DNA of 64,000 nt from Oikopleura dioica (Eukaryota > Animalia > Chordata), in assembly GCA_907165135.1 (NCBI GenBank), contig OU015567.1:3844001-3908000 (forward strand), read 5' to 3'. The stretch's first letter is position 1; every line of letters begins with the position of its first letter. The notes under the pieces are model-generated. The model searched no databases. It was not told the DNA's origin and worked only from the letters and a program-made list of their open reading frames with translations. Made by a program: the position numbers and the translations under genes. Of the stretch, positions 52,806 through 64,000 are shown piece by piece.

Positions 52806-52994
52806 ATGAAAATCTTCCTCCTTCTCATTCTTTTCTCCTCGACCGACGCTCGAAGGTCCCTTCTTCATTACAAAATCATGCGTCTGAGACGAAACCTTGC
52901 TCAATTTCATACAGACCCAGCTATACTCCGAACCAGACAGAATCAAATAGAAACTGTTGATTCTCCTCCATCGTTGGCGCAAATGTGGTTTTAA
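52806..52994 (+). CDS. Small secreted peptide, paralog A (62 aa)
   Basis: Single exon, signal peptide MKIFLLLILFSSTDA, TATA-like box at 52748, clear paralog 230 bp downstream. Confidence 0.75.
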   Translation: MKIFLLLILFSSTDARRSLLHYKIMRLRRNLAQFHTDPAILRTRQNQIETVDSPPSLAQMWF

Positions 52995-53220
52995 ATATGT
53001 TTGACTTTTGCCTGTTTCATAAGAATATTAAAAACAGCTTCACACGTAAATGATCGTATTGAATGTTCTTTTCAAAACTAATAGCAGCGGGAAAAACCTG
53101 CCAAAGCATAAAAATCACCGACTGCACTTCACCTCTTCTGCAGCTCTCTCGCGCCTTCTGGGATCATATTTATAAATCGGGGTAATCAAGGCTGTCCTTC
53201 ATAATCTAACAAAAACAAAA

Positions 53221-53412
53221 ATGATGAAAAAATTTTTCTTGTTCTTTCTTTTCTTTTATTCCATCGATGCTCGACGACCTCGTCTTCATTACAAAATCAT
53301 TCGGCTCCGACAAAACCTTGCTCAATTCCATGCAGACGAAAATTTGCTCGACCGAAAATATCAAGAAGAAAGTGTTGATTCCCCTCCGTCTTTCTCGCAA
53401 ATGTGGTTTTAA
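53221..53412 (+). CDS. Small secreted peptide, paralog B (63 aa)
   Basis: Signal peptide MMKKFFLFFLFFYSIDA, TATA-like box at 53171. Shares LHYKI.RLR.NLAQFH.D and VDSPPS..QMWF with paralog A. Confidence 0.75.
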   Translation: MMKKFFLFFLFFYSIDARRPRLHYKIIRLRQNLAQFHADENLLDRKYQEESVDSPPSFSQMWF

Positions 53413-53510
53413 ACCTGTCTGTTTGATTAATAAAAAAGATAACTTTTCAAATAAACCATCGTGTCCAAATTTTCTTGGGAAAACTCGCAGTTGAGAGAAA
53501 GAACGAAAGA

Positions 53511-54571
53511 ATGAAAATTGCCGCGTTTTTTGCCTCGTTTGTCTTTTCCGATAATTGCGGAGATTTCTGCGAAGTCGAGCATAATTCATGCGTTTCCAAT
53601 GCTTTTTGCGATAATCTTGACTGCAATTCTCAGGTGCTCCGTCTTTTTCGATAAAAATGGCGAGTTTTAAGTGTTATCGCCAATTCGCAAATTGCTTGGA
53701 CGAGTGTACAAACGACAAAACAATTTTGATTCTGAAAACTCACTCGGACCCAGTTTGGAATCATTCATTCAACTGGGGTGGACAAGCTACTGAAGTGGAT
53801 TTCACGTTTGGCAGCGGATCCCAAGTTACGTATTCATGCTCACTGACTTTCAAAGACGAGTTTTTTGTATTCGGCGGGTTGAACAATTACCATCAGATCT
53901 CGAGGGTCGATGGATGCTCCCTCGGTTAGCATCTGTATTTTTTCGCTTAAAAAAGGCCTTTTCAGAGCAGACTGAAGATTTGCTTCCTTTCAGATTTGAC
54001 AATGGAATTTGCACAGCTGATTTTTCACAAGTTTATTTATGCTTTGACTATGACGCAAAGTTTACCTGTCGAACATGGAGTGGTCAAGAGAAGGGTTCAC
54101 ATTTTTTCTTGTTTTTGATGACTGAATAACTAGTGATGAACTAAGAAGCAGAATGAATTTTGAACTCTTCTTAAAAGCAACGAATTCGGCCAACTCTCCG
54201 ACTCTCAAGATGATCACTACATCGGAGGAGTCGACATTGTCGGAGGAGAGCTCGTCAGTTTTGGTGGAAAAGGAGTCGCAAGCACTGAAATCTACGACCG
54301 CGACTCTCGATCTTGGAGCTTCCTTGACAACATCGACGATGAAATTTCATATCTTTTCTACACCAGCTCCGTGGTCATCGACGGAGGAGCAGAAATGATC
54401 GTTTTTGGAGGCTACACGAATGAAGGCTTTACCTATCCGAAGAGTACAGATCTGACTTGGAGACTAAGAGTCGACTCATCCGGGCAATACATCTGGAGGC
54501 GAGGAGAGAGACTTCTTCAGCCCAGAGATTCTCATACAGCAATCAGGAACCAGGCGATGATCATTCTTTGA
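53511..54571 (+). CDS. Secreted protein with an N-terminal Cys-helical module and kelch-like repeats
   Basis: MKIAAFFASFVFS|DNCGDFCEVEHNSC...CYRQFANCLDEC, then SCSLTFKDEFFVFGG, QISRVDGCSL, VYLCFDY, IVFGGY. C-terminal part irregular. Confidence 0.6.
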
Positions 54572-55237
54572 GGCGCTTCAATGCCGCCGCGGTCAAATGG
54601 GAATTTGCATGATTACATACACCGTAGATGTTAATGTAAGAATCTGATTCCTATCAAATGATTGGCATTAGTAAAAAGGTTATATAAATTTATATAATCA
54701 ATTTGACGAGCTCAAATTGGAATTAACATGATTTCATACCCCGTTCCAAGATGTCTGTAAGAATCTTAGTCTTATACAATCATTTGAATTATTTATAAAT
54801 TCATATAAATTGATGTAACGAAAAAAAATTTATGAAATCATATTGTATGAATTCGATTTCAAAAGTCATAGTCTTTTGAAAGGTCTGGCAATGACATCTT
54901 CTTGATTGGAGGAATGAATGATAAGGTCATCTCAAGAGAATACCATCTGTAAGTTCTATGTAAAGAATAACGTAAAAATATTTTTAAGGCCCTTTGAACG
55001 AATTTCCTTCGAGAAAATCGAAAATGAGTGGCAGACCGTGCAAAATCTAACCGAAGAAACGTACGGAACAATGGTCTGGTATCCTGCGTTGTTTTCTGTC
55101 GAACAAGATTTCTGTCAATATTGAAATAAAAATGAGTTTTGTCTTGCTTATTTGCGTTTCTTATCCGAACAGAAAATATTTGTCCAGCTTTAAGTTCTGA
55201 AAATATTGAATCTTAGATGCCTGTTTTAAATTCATAG

Positions 55238-57307
55238 ATGCTGCTTTTATATCTTTTTCATTTTTCTAGCGGTGGTTCATTTAGTGAAGAGTACAATAGC
55301 TTCCCAGAGAGATTTTACAGAGACCCTTGCCCGGATTCGCGGCCGACTGATCTCTGCAATGCGCTTGATGAGTATGTTTGGCGAAAAGACGATGCTTGGG
55401 ATTGGCACTTTGTCGAGACGACCAACCAATTCGAAGGTGTTACTGGTTATACCTACAAGATGTTCTCGCTAAAATGGCTTGATAATTCTTGGTGGGAGCA
55501 CTATGCTGATGGTTCGCAAGTTTGGCGTCATCTTGTGACCATTTGGGTGCCCAAAGATCTTGATAGGAGTCAGAACCAAGCAATGTTAGCGATCGGGGGA
55601 GGAAATGACAGAAGTAGACCTGACTACAATGCAGTAGAGCAGCAAATGTCTCGATCTCTTGCAAGAAAAGGGCACTAGAATCGACTGTTACTGTCTTTGA
55701 ATAAAAATATTTGAGCTCTTTCATAAAATGACAAAATCGATCGGAGTCTATATCAATGCCGTTCCTAACGGACCGATGAAATTCTACTAGTAAGAGTGAT
55801 TTTTCGAAGAAAAAACCAAACTTTTTTAAGTGATTGGGTTGAAAAAAGAAATGCTGACAATATGGTCTCGTGGTCTTGGAGAATGTACATGGAGAACACT
55901 CATATTCCAGAGCTTCTTTGTTGGCTTCCGGTAAGAAGCGATTGTACGTATAAATGCATCGAAATTTGTAGATGACAAAGGCGGCTCTCCGGGCAATGGA
56001 TATGGCCGAAATCATTGCAAAAGAAGAGTTTGAATACACCATCGAAAAATGGGCTGTTTCAGGCGGCTCAAAACGTGGCTGGACAACCTGGCTCGTCGGC
56101 TCTGTCGACCCAGAGCGCGTCAATTTGATCGTACCCGTCGTAGCGACTGTAGTTGACTACGGGAAAGTGATCCACGCCTGGCTTCGAAATCTTGGCGGCA
56201 CAGCCCTTGCTCAACTTGAGTATTACCTCGACCAAGTTATTGAAAACATTGATCATCCAAATTTTGCGGATTTCGGCGACCCTATCATTTACAAAGAAAG
56301 ATTGACGATGCCGAAGCTGGTCATTCCTGCGACGGCAGACTATTTCTTTCACATCGCAGATACCTGGGCATTTTTCGATCGACTTCCGGGAGAGACTTAT
56401 TTGAGACTGTTGCCAAATGCTGAGCATTCGACTGCGATATCTGGGCTTTCTACTCAGCACTGGCTTCTGACACGGCTCATAAAGCTCTTCTTCATTTCAC
56501 ATCGAAAAACGGTTTTAGAGCCTCGAACAGACCTTTCGAAATCTAATGCTTGCACAAATGAAAAACTACTCGAAAACTCCAAAAATGAGCTGGACCCGAT
56601 CTTCTGATCCCGAAAGAAAAACTGGAAAGATTGTCGTTACCGTTAGTTTTAAATGAGTAAAGATATGTTTTTACGACCATTTCAGACATCAGAAATGCCT
56701 GTGGAAATATTCGCCTGGGTGGGTGATACAAGGGCAAAGACGCGGAAGGATTGGCGAATTTTCGGAGTCCGGAATAACGAGAAGTTCACGAGCTCGGATG
56801 AAAATCTTCACATACCTTACCCAGAGGTTTGGGCTAAAGTTGCCATAGCTTGCCCTTTAATTGGTGCTATTTAGTACTCAAACTCAACATCGCGAAAGAA
56901 CTATCCAGAGCTAGAAAAGCTCCTCGAAAATATCCCCTCATATTCTTCATTTCCAAACATCTCCATCCCCAACCCTTCAGTTGACCCGTTCGTAGATCCA
57001 GAAGACATCATCGTCGTGAAAAACGCTCAACTTCAAGGGAACTTCTGGCATAAACACGCTGTCATTCCTCTTGGAAACAACCAGTTTGAAATCGAGCTTC
57101 AAGAAGCGCCCGATGCAAATCGAGCGTTTTTCGTCGAGGTCCGATTTCCCGGTGTTGATGGAGTTGGGCATATTGAGCTCACGACGGAAGTTCAAATTAT
57201 TCCAGGTTTGCTTTTTTGCTTTTGCATTTTCTTTATAATTATTTCTAGAGGCCTTTGCGTTCCCTGAGTGCCATGGATCAGAATGCGGTGCTCTTGGACT
57301 CGTCTAA
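55238..57307 (+). CDS. PqaA / AprA (autocrine proliferation repressor)-family alpha/beta hydrolase-like secreted protein, multi-exon
   Basis: LDEYVWRKD, WRHLVTIWVP, LAIGGG, MTKAALRAMD, VSGGSKRGWTTWL, MPKLVI, LLPNAEHS. Ends PECHGSECGALGLV*. Confidence 0.8.
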
Positions 57308-57423
57308 CAATCTTTAGAGATTGAATAAATAAATTTTGTCTGAAAGTCAATTTTCTTAGAGCGCAGAAATAAGAATTAAAAAGAATAAGAAATGATCACA
57401 ACAAGAAGTCATCTTACTTGATT

Positions 57424-58311
57424 TCAACATTCAGATTCGTCTTCAGAATAATGAGAGGCTGACGCAGTCGGGAATTGCTTCTTCTTCATCGAATTTCGCG
57501 TAAAAAGGCCGGAGCTGATTTGAAAGATTGGAATTCTAGAGTCGATTACGGGCGGATCCCAGTCGAGCGAATTGATGATTTTTGTCTTTGATTCCCGGAT
57601 TTCCCACGCTTCAAAAATGTCTATTTTGAAATTTCGAGCATTTTACCTGAATACTCTCGCATGTATTGTTCTCCGTGATCAATGTGCCTGTCTTGATATT
57701 TTTCACAGGCACTGGCCATATACACAGATGACACAAAGAGAAAGATCCCCATGAAGAGAAAATATACGATCAGGATGATCTCAACCTCCGACTGAAAATA
57801 ATAAACAATCTGGATTGAAAAAAAAGCTATTTTTTCATACCTCAAAGTCATCCTTCTCCACAAAATAATCAAAGGGGACTTGAACTCTTTCAACTTCCAG
57901 CTCTACCAGGGGTTCGAAACCGGACGATTCAATGTAAAAATCTTGAATGTTATATTCCAACTTCATCTTTGTTTTTTCATTTCATTCTTTTCTGAAAAAC
58001 AAAGACTGTCACGTTCTCAAAAAGCAATCAATTTCAAGGTAAAATACTGTCACGCTAATTCTCTTGCAATTACCGCCTAAAAATCGGCAGGTCAAGGGCA
58101 GAAAATACTAGAATTTGGCAGATCTCCCTTCTTGTCTCTCTAACTCGTATTGATCTTTTTCGACTGGACACAAGGTTTGACAGTTTTTGACCGACAAACT
58201 GGATAAATTTTTGATTGCATACATTACCGCCGAATGATCTTTCCAATTTGTGCTTTCAGGTTCAACAAGAAAATGCTGAATACTTGGAATTCTTGCCAAT
58301 TTCTCCCTCAA
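57424..58311 (-). CDS. Hypothetical single-pass membrane protein (5' end unresolved)
   Basis: GT-AG joined exons ...VPFDYFVEKDDFE|SEVEIILIVYFLFMGIFLFVSSVYMASAC...|DIFEAWEIRES...EDESEC*. Confidence 0.4.
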
Positions 58312-58341
58312 AAAAGCTAGCTTACAAATTTATGCCTTTAT

Positions 58342-60284
58342 TTACAGAATGATACATGTTTGAGAAGAAGTGCTACTGGGGGTATCTGTTCTTGGTGGCT
58401 GTATTGGCGGCTCTAGAATTTCCTCTTTTTTGTCTTCTTTGGGTTTCTCCGGGGCTTTTGAAGCCTTTGTCGGAGGCGGAAGTGGAATGTTTAGTATCAT
58501 TGACAAGTCAGAAATAGACAGATTTGTGATTCCTTCCGAGTTGCTCTTTGCTATCAATTTTTCAATATCGCGGATTTTCTGTGAAGGACGAGCTTGAGTT
58601 TGTGGTGGTCGAGATTTGATGAAGTGTCGTTTGTGGGAAGAACATATTTCGAAACAAAGCGGTTCGGTTTCCAGCTTTTTGTATGACTCTTCTGTTATGA
58701 CTCCCAAATCAACGGATAAATTGCTTGAAATGCGCTAGTTTTAAAATTGGATCTAGATCTGTACCTTTGAAATAATGGATTGAGGCCTGATTTAATTTTC
58801 GTCCTCAACTCGTTGCTCCCTAATAATCGCTATAAAAATGAAAGAAGAAAACCATACCGAGAAGAGAGTATTTGACGAAAGTCGAGTCAACAGAGCCAGG
58901 GAGACCTTTGGCAGATTTGATATCAACATGAACTGTCAACTCTGATCCAATAATTTTCTGCTTCGAACAGGCCGGCCAAATTTTCACATCCAAGTGGCCA
59001 ATTTCTTGAGCTCTGAAATCAAATATCGGGAGTCTTTCTTATCCCGATTTAAACCAAAAAAATATCAAGCGAATTTTCTTGCTTGATTTCAACCGGTTCC
59101 TTCATGCTCAAGAAGAAAGCACAAACTGCTGAGAAAAACAGTCGCTACTCCCAAGGTGTTGTGTTCCAAGCTGGAGCAGTAAAATGGATCGAGTTCGTAA
59201 GGAGTCTCGCCTGCGAGGTTGTTTGTTTTTGTTCTGGATAATTCGAACATTTCTTGCATTTCGAACTTTCTGAAATCGAAATTTAGCTTTTCATAATTCA
59301 TTAATTTTTAGCTTTGAAAAGTTTATTTTATAAAATTTTTCTGAATTATTGAGGGAGTACTGAAAAAAGAGCTTTAGCAAAAGTTCGGAGGCATGTTTAC
59401 TCCCGCATCCATTTTTTATCAATTAAGATGTTCTTGAGTAAATACAAACTGTTTTCTCAAAATGGCAAACCTGCCAAAATACAGACGCCATGTTGAGCTG
59501 CGTATCTAGAGCAACAATGTGCCGAAAGAAACGTTGTTAGGGTCAGAGACATCCAGATTAAGGAGCGCATGAGGGCAAACAATTCCGACGCAATCAAAGA
59601 TACTTGTCTCTTTTATCGAAAAAAATCATATTTTTGGAAGAAAAAATGACCCTGATGAGCAACTCAGTTATTATTTAATTGAGACATGTCACATGATTCA
59701 AAAACTACAAAAAAAATAAGCCTTGAATGCGTGTTTGAGTTGTCCAGGAAGTTAGAAAGAAAAGTGCGACACACCTGTTCATGAAGTTCTTTTCTCTCAT
59801 GTAGAAAGGCGCCTTGTCTCCGGTGATAACTTGGACATAGATTTCTGGAATGCCTGATGATTCTCCACGAAGCTGGGGGCCAACGAGCACGATTTCAAAT
59901 CTGACGTCTTTTTCCATTTGCTTAGCTTTTTGCAAGGTTCTCGAAACTCGAAATTTTTTATCCAAAATTGAGCATTCAGAAACCAGTGCCTAAGGAATTC
60001 GCTTCTTTGACATGTGGGAGAAGCTTAACAATATCCTCCCTGAGCATCAAGTCCTCAGCATTGAAATCAAACATCGAATTCGTCCCCAAAGAACTTTTCG
60101 CCGCATAACTTTCTTGCTCCAATCTTTGAATTTTTTGATCAAACGATTTTCTCATCTTCTCCATTTCTTTTTCGTTCTCAATCAATTGCGCCTCAAGCTT
60201 CTTTTTCGCCTCATCATCTGCTTTTGACTCTGTTTTCGACGAGTTATCCGACGATTTCTGACTTTTCGCCGAAGAATTTCCCAT
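58342..60284 (-). CDS. Kinesin-3 (KIF28/KLP-6-like) stalk/tail homolog, apparently lacking the motor domain
   Basis: EDIVKLLPHVKEANSLAKQMEKDVRFEIVLVGPQLRG, FMNR..MQEMF, DPFY...LGVATVFLSSLCFLLE, GHLDVKIWP, VDIKSAKGLP, LCFEI. Starts MGNSSAK, ends QTCIIL*. Confidence 0.7.
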
Positions 60285-60627
60285 TTTCCCGCTCTTCTTT
60301 CAAACTCTCTGTGTTTTGAAAAATTCCAGAACTTGAAATGTTGATATCTCAGTTTTTTCGTATTTTCTATTGTCTTCTTAGTTCTTCAGTAGTTGTGTTT
60401 GAGTTTTGATTTTGTCCATTTTGTCAATTGAGACTACTCTTGAGCGCCCAGGCCGATTATCCGTTTTGAGGATTTACGAAGTTCCACTTTTGTTTGCTCG
60501 AGTTACTGAGATTATTTGCTGCAAATTATCCGGTTTCCACAATCGAAGATCTACCGTTTTTATTTGGAAGTAACGAAAACAGAAGGTAATCAAATATTTT
60601 AGCCTACTAAAAAGGGGGCGCTCTGCA

Positions 60628-60767
60628 GAAATCGCCGAATGTCGCCGAATGTCGCTTAATGTCGCCGAATGTCGCTGAATGTCGCTGAATGTCGCCGAAT
60701 GTCGCCGAATGTCGCTGAATGTCGCCGAACGTCGCCGAATGTCACTGAATGTCGCCGAATGTCGCCA
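60628..60767 (+). repeat. 10-bp minisatellite (AATGTCGCYG) x14
   Basis: Directly visible tandem array. Confidence 0.95.
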
Positions 60768-61447
60768 AATTTTGTAAGAAACTCCTTAGAAAAGAGTTTG
60801 ATTATCTCAAATTCGACGTATTCAGAATACGGTATTCTGGTTTTTCAACAACAATCAAGAACTTAAAGCCGATTCGAAGAACTCAGGAGATAAAATGAGA
60901 AGCCTCCTGACAAGCTTTCTATGTTTAATAAACATCTGTTAGTCTCGCCCCTAATCCACGGTCTTTTTGTTTTATTTGCTCGTTTCCACGCAAGTTTCAA
61001 GCGCAAAATAGCATCGTTCATCGCGAACTTCCTTCGCCGGAATAATTATCGAAGTATTATCGTTTCAGCGCGGGGCAAAAGTAAAACGACAGCGCCGGAA
61101 ACACTCGAATCGAATCTAGCAAATATTCCTAAATCAGCAAAGTGTCACAGCTCGAGTATTTACTGTCAGCATGCAAAACAGAGAGGAAAACACAGTTGCT
61201 ACCAGTTTTCTTTTTCTTTTACGGGATGTTTTCGTAGCGGCTAAGGGTTAGGCCCTCGGGGCAGGATAAACCCTTACGACCCTTAATACAGTAGCTGATA
61301 GTGTTTGGAAAGGTTTATATGTATCGTGTCTCCTCGGCATTAAAACCAATTTAATCGGGAATCTGCCAATACAAGACCACTAAAAGCAATTCAATTTCTT
61401 TTTAAACGGATTTCAGAGAAACCCAGTTCACTCAGAAAATAAAAAAG

Positions 61448-61690
61448 ATGAAGCCGCTGAATTTTTTCCTCTTTTTTATAAACGTTGCTTTTGCAAAATC
61501 AGCCGGACAACATGGCTATGATATGATGAATGATGAAAAGATGAATTCGAAAATGTTCGAGAAAAACTTGACACGGATTTTCGATCACGATTTTTTGTCC
61601 TTTTTTTCGAATTTTATGGAAAATCCGAGATCAGGCAAGGATGAAAATTCGCTACTTGAACAAGATGATCTTCAATCATTTGAATGGTGA
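61448..61690 (+). CDS. Possible small secreted protein (80 aa, single exon)
   Basis: Signal-like MKPLNFFLFFINVAFA followed by a hydrophilic region. No recognisable domain. Confidence 0.45.
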   Translation: MKPLNFFLFFINVAFAKSAGQHGYDMMNDEKMNSKMFEKNLTRIFDHDFLSFFSNFMENPRSGKDENSLLEQDDLQSFEW

Positions 61691-62912
61691 CGACTTGGGC
61701 TCAATCACTGGCCAATTTTTATGATTTCCGAAGCTTGCTTTAGTGCTCTCTTCCTTGATGGCAAAAGGGTTTCTTTATTTTTCTTTTTTATTCCGTTCTT
61801 CAACTTGCAGTCGAAAATAATCATGAAAATAAAAATTTATTCGTGCATTGTTCTCATGTCTTCTCGCTCAAGAATCGCTTGTTATGGGTTTATATCATTT
61901 TAATTATCCACATGACTTTAAAGAAAAGGTCCTTATCACAATAAATGGTTAACAATTTTCAAACCCATTCCTTCGATTGCTTTTGTGTTTGCTCGAGCCT
62001 GGTAGGTCATATCGTTAACGTAGGTTCCGAATGATTTGTAGTCCTGGAAAATTTTATTATAAGAGATTATGCGATAGATGTGAACACTAATGTCGAAAAA
62101 CGCGATAATTCGATGAGCCCTACATTTAAAAATTTCTATTTTTTGACGGAATTAAAGATTATGGTCTTTTTAAAATACTTTCCTTTTGAAGAACCTTCAA
62201 GTTTCCATACAAGAAAGTCGACTTCTTGCCAATATCCAACGCTTCTTTTCGCATTTTCAAATCACTGAAAATAGGTGTCCTCATCAGCCGTTTTCACCTA
62301 ACCCTAACCTGGCAAATTGCTCGTCCATTTTCTTGACGACAAGTTCCCGTTGCGCAAGAGTGATTGGCATATTTGCTGATTTTCTCTGTCAGAATTTCAC
62401 TCAGAGTCCTTTTGATAAATGACTAACTTATCAACGGAAAAGTCTGCACCTTTGATATGAGAGACAGGTCAAATCGTTTGCAGCTCGTCAATTCGGTGTC
62501 ATCGCCTCCGAGGGGGAAGCGGGCTTCTATTCTTGTCTTACTGTCACAAGCAGTAAAGAGTCCTTACTAAGGATGACTAATTGAACCTTTGAAAACTCAG
62601 AAGAACTAGAAAAAAGGCTCTTTATCAGTCCCCAGATTTGGAGACAAAAACCTTAACCGAAAGGTTTATTGCTGAGATGACATTAAAAAGGAGATAGAAC
62701 AGAGGCAAAAGTGTCAACTTGACTAAACTCAGAAAAAGGCAAGTCCATCTGAACAGCATTTTAGACGACTCAAATGGAAAAAGAGAGCGAAAATGCAAAT
62801 TTTCAAACTAGAATCAGGGTAATTCAAATGATATTCAATCACACGGAAATCAAATTTTGTGATAAACAATAAGCAATAATTAAAGTGCCTTGATTGCGAC
62901 TGCATCGGTGTT

Positions 62913-64000
62913 TTGAGAAGAAAAGGGGAGAAGGCGTATCTTTTCCCCGAAGAAGTCTTGACAACGCGAAGCATTCATACTCAAGAAAGAGATGTAAAAA
63001 AGGAGAAATCATGGAAGAAAAAAGTGACTGAACAACTGAGCCTGGCGAAGCATGGAAGCTCAACTAACAAGCAGCTTCGCAGTTACGTATTTCTTGGCTC
63101 TTTATTTTGGATAACAGTCATTCTTATTGGTAATTCTTTTTCAAAATAAATTTTTCAATCAGATCTGCATTTAGCCAATATCAAATCTCTTGAAAAATCC
63201 CGAGGCGTCAAAACCTTCCTTACTTCGACTTGTCACCGCAATTACAAAAAATGCGTTCAAATAGCAAGCATGGACTTCTGTGGCTATTTGATGAAGCAAT
63301 GTCATGAAACACAAGAGTTCATCCTTCCTGAGCCAGTTTCCATGATCGAAGCAACGAAAAAGAAGCTCGAAAGCTTTTCGTCCGAAGAAAATGAAGTGAA
63401 TCTCCGCCGCTGCCAGAAGAAGCAGTTTTACGACCAAAAGGTCTGCCGCCATCTCTGTTCAAAAACGCTTGTTTTGGAATCAACGAGGAGGAATCCGATT
63501 TCGCCCTGTGAGCTGATTTGCTTTGAGCTGACTCGATCTTTTGATGCTTCTGGAGAGGTTTGCCCATTTCAAAAATATTGTAAAAATGGTTGCCCTTGTC
63601 CTTTTTACGAGTGTGAGAAAATACAGTCCCGGCAGACAATGATTCCTGTTTTCGATTTGCAGGAAAGAAGGGAAAAAGCGAGAGTCGGAAATATTGAATT
63701 AATTACTCGCCGGTGGGAAGATTTGAGGAGAGATAAATCGAAAAATTACGATTGGGAATTTCCGATTGTATTTTCCGATTTCAGTGAAAACAGTAAACAA
63801 ATAAGAATAAATACTTCAGATTCATTATACGGTGATAATTTATACCACTATGAAAGTTTTTCTCAATTTCATTCATTATGATTACTTACTGAAGTTCTTA
63901 ACCGGTAAATCACGAAAAACAAAAAAGTCAACCGGTGCGACTTTTCTCAATGGCGAGCACTACCTGGTCGATGCAATTGGTAATATGATGAAAGTGAAAG
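62913..64000 (+). CDS. Signal-anchored Cys-rich protein with a CPxxxxCxxGCPC motif (partial; continues off right edge, start probably upstream)
   Basis: YVFLGSLFWITVILI, then a GT-AG intron, then ...CHRNYKKC...FCGYLMKQC...CPFQKYCKNGCPCPFYEC. Confidence 0.6.

Noticed and set aside
60669-60866. ORF with NVAECRRMSP repeats
   Set aside because: Translation artefact of the 10-bp minisatellite.

Overview
Eukaryotic genomic DNA from a very compact animal genome, most likely the appendicularian Oikopleura dioica or a close relative. This is inferred from ~35-60 nt introns, several GA-AG/GC-AG introns, splice-acceptor-like AG sites a few nt upstream of start codons, and TTAGGG-type repeats. Bases 1-23.9 kb hold about 11 tightly packed minus-strand genes that look like a trans-spliced operon array: acidic unknown, xylosyltransferase, Sds22, IFT54, MMAA, PDZ/coiled-coil, small unknown, APRT, ACSL, Chk1, DPH3. 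The array is interrupted by a young, 5'-truncated Penelope-like retroelement. It has 217-bp inverted pLTRs, a minimal hammerhead ribozyme in each, and a 15-bp candidate TSD. A probable antisense gene with KDHD repeats is nested in a xylosyltransferase intron. Bases 24.06-33.86 kb are a near-identical 4.9-kb tandem duplication containing a membrane gene, a carbohydrate sulfotransferase, and a decayed DEDDh-exonuclease/MULE-transposase frame. The right half has three distinct MITE-like elements (one lies in the left half, in Chk1 intron 1), a palindrome array, an ACP5-like phosphatase, secreted Cys/CUB/kelch-type proteins, CDKL5 and a TDRD12/Yb-like piRNA factor. It also has a pair of novel small secreted peptides, a PqaA/AprA-family hydrolase, and an apparently motor-less KIF28-like protein with an N-terminal myristoylation motif and a C-terminal CaaX box. 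Gene models were spliced by eye and protein families were recognised from memory, with no database searches. Many exon boundaries are approximate.
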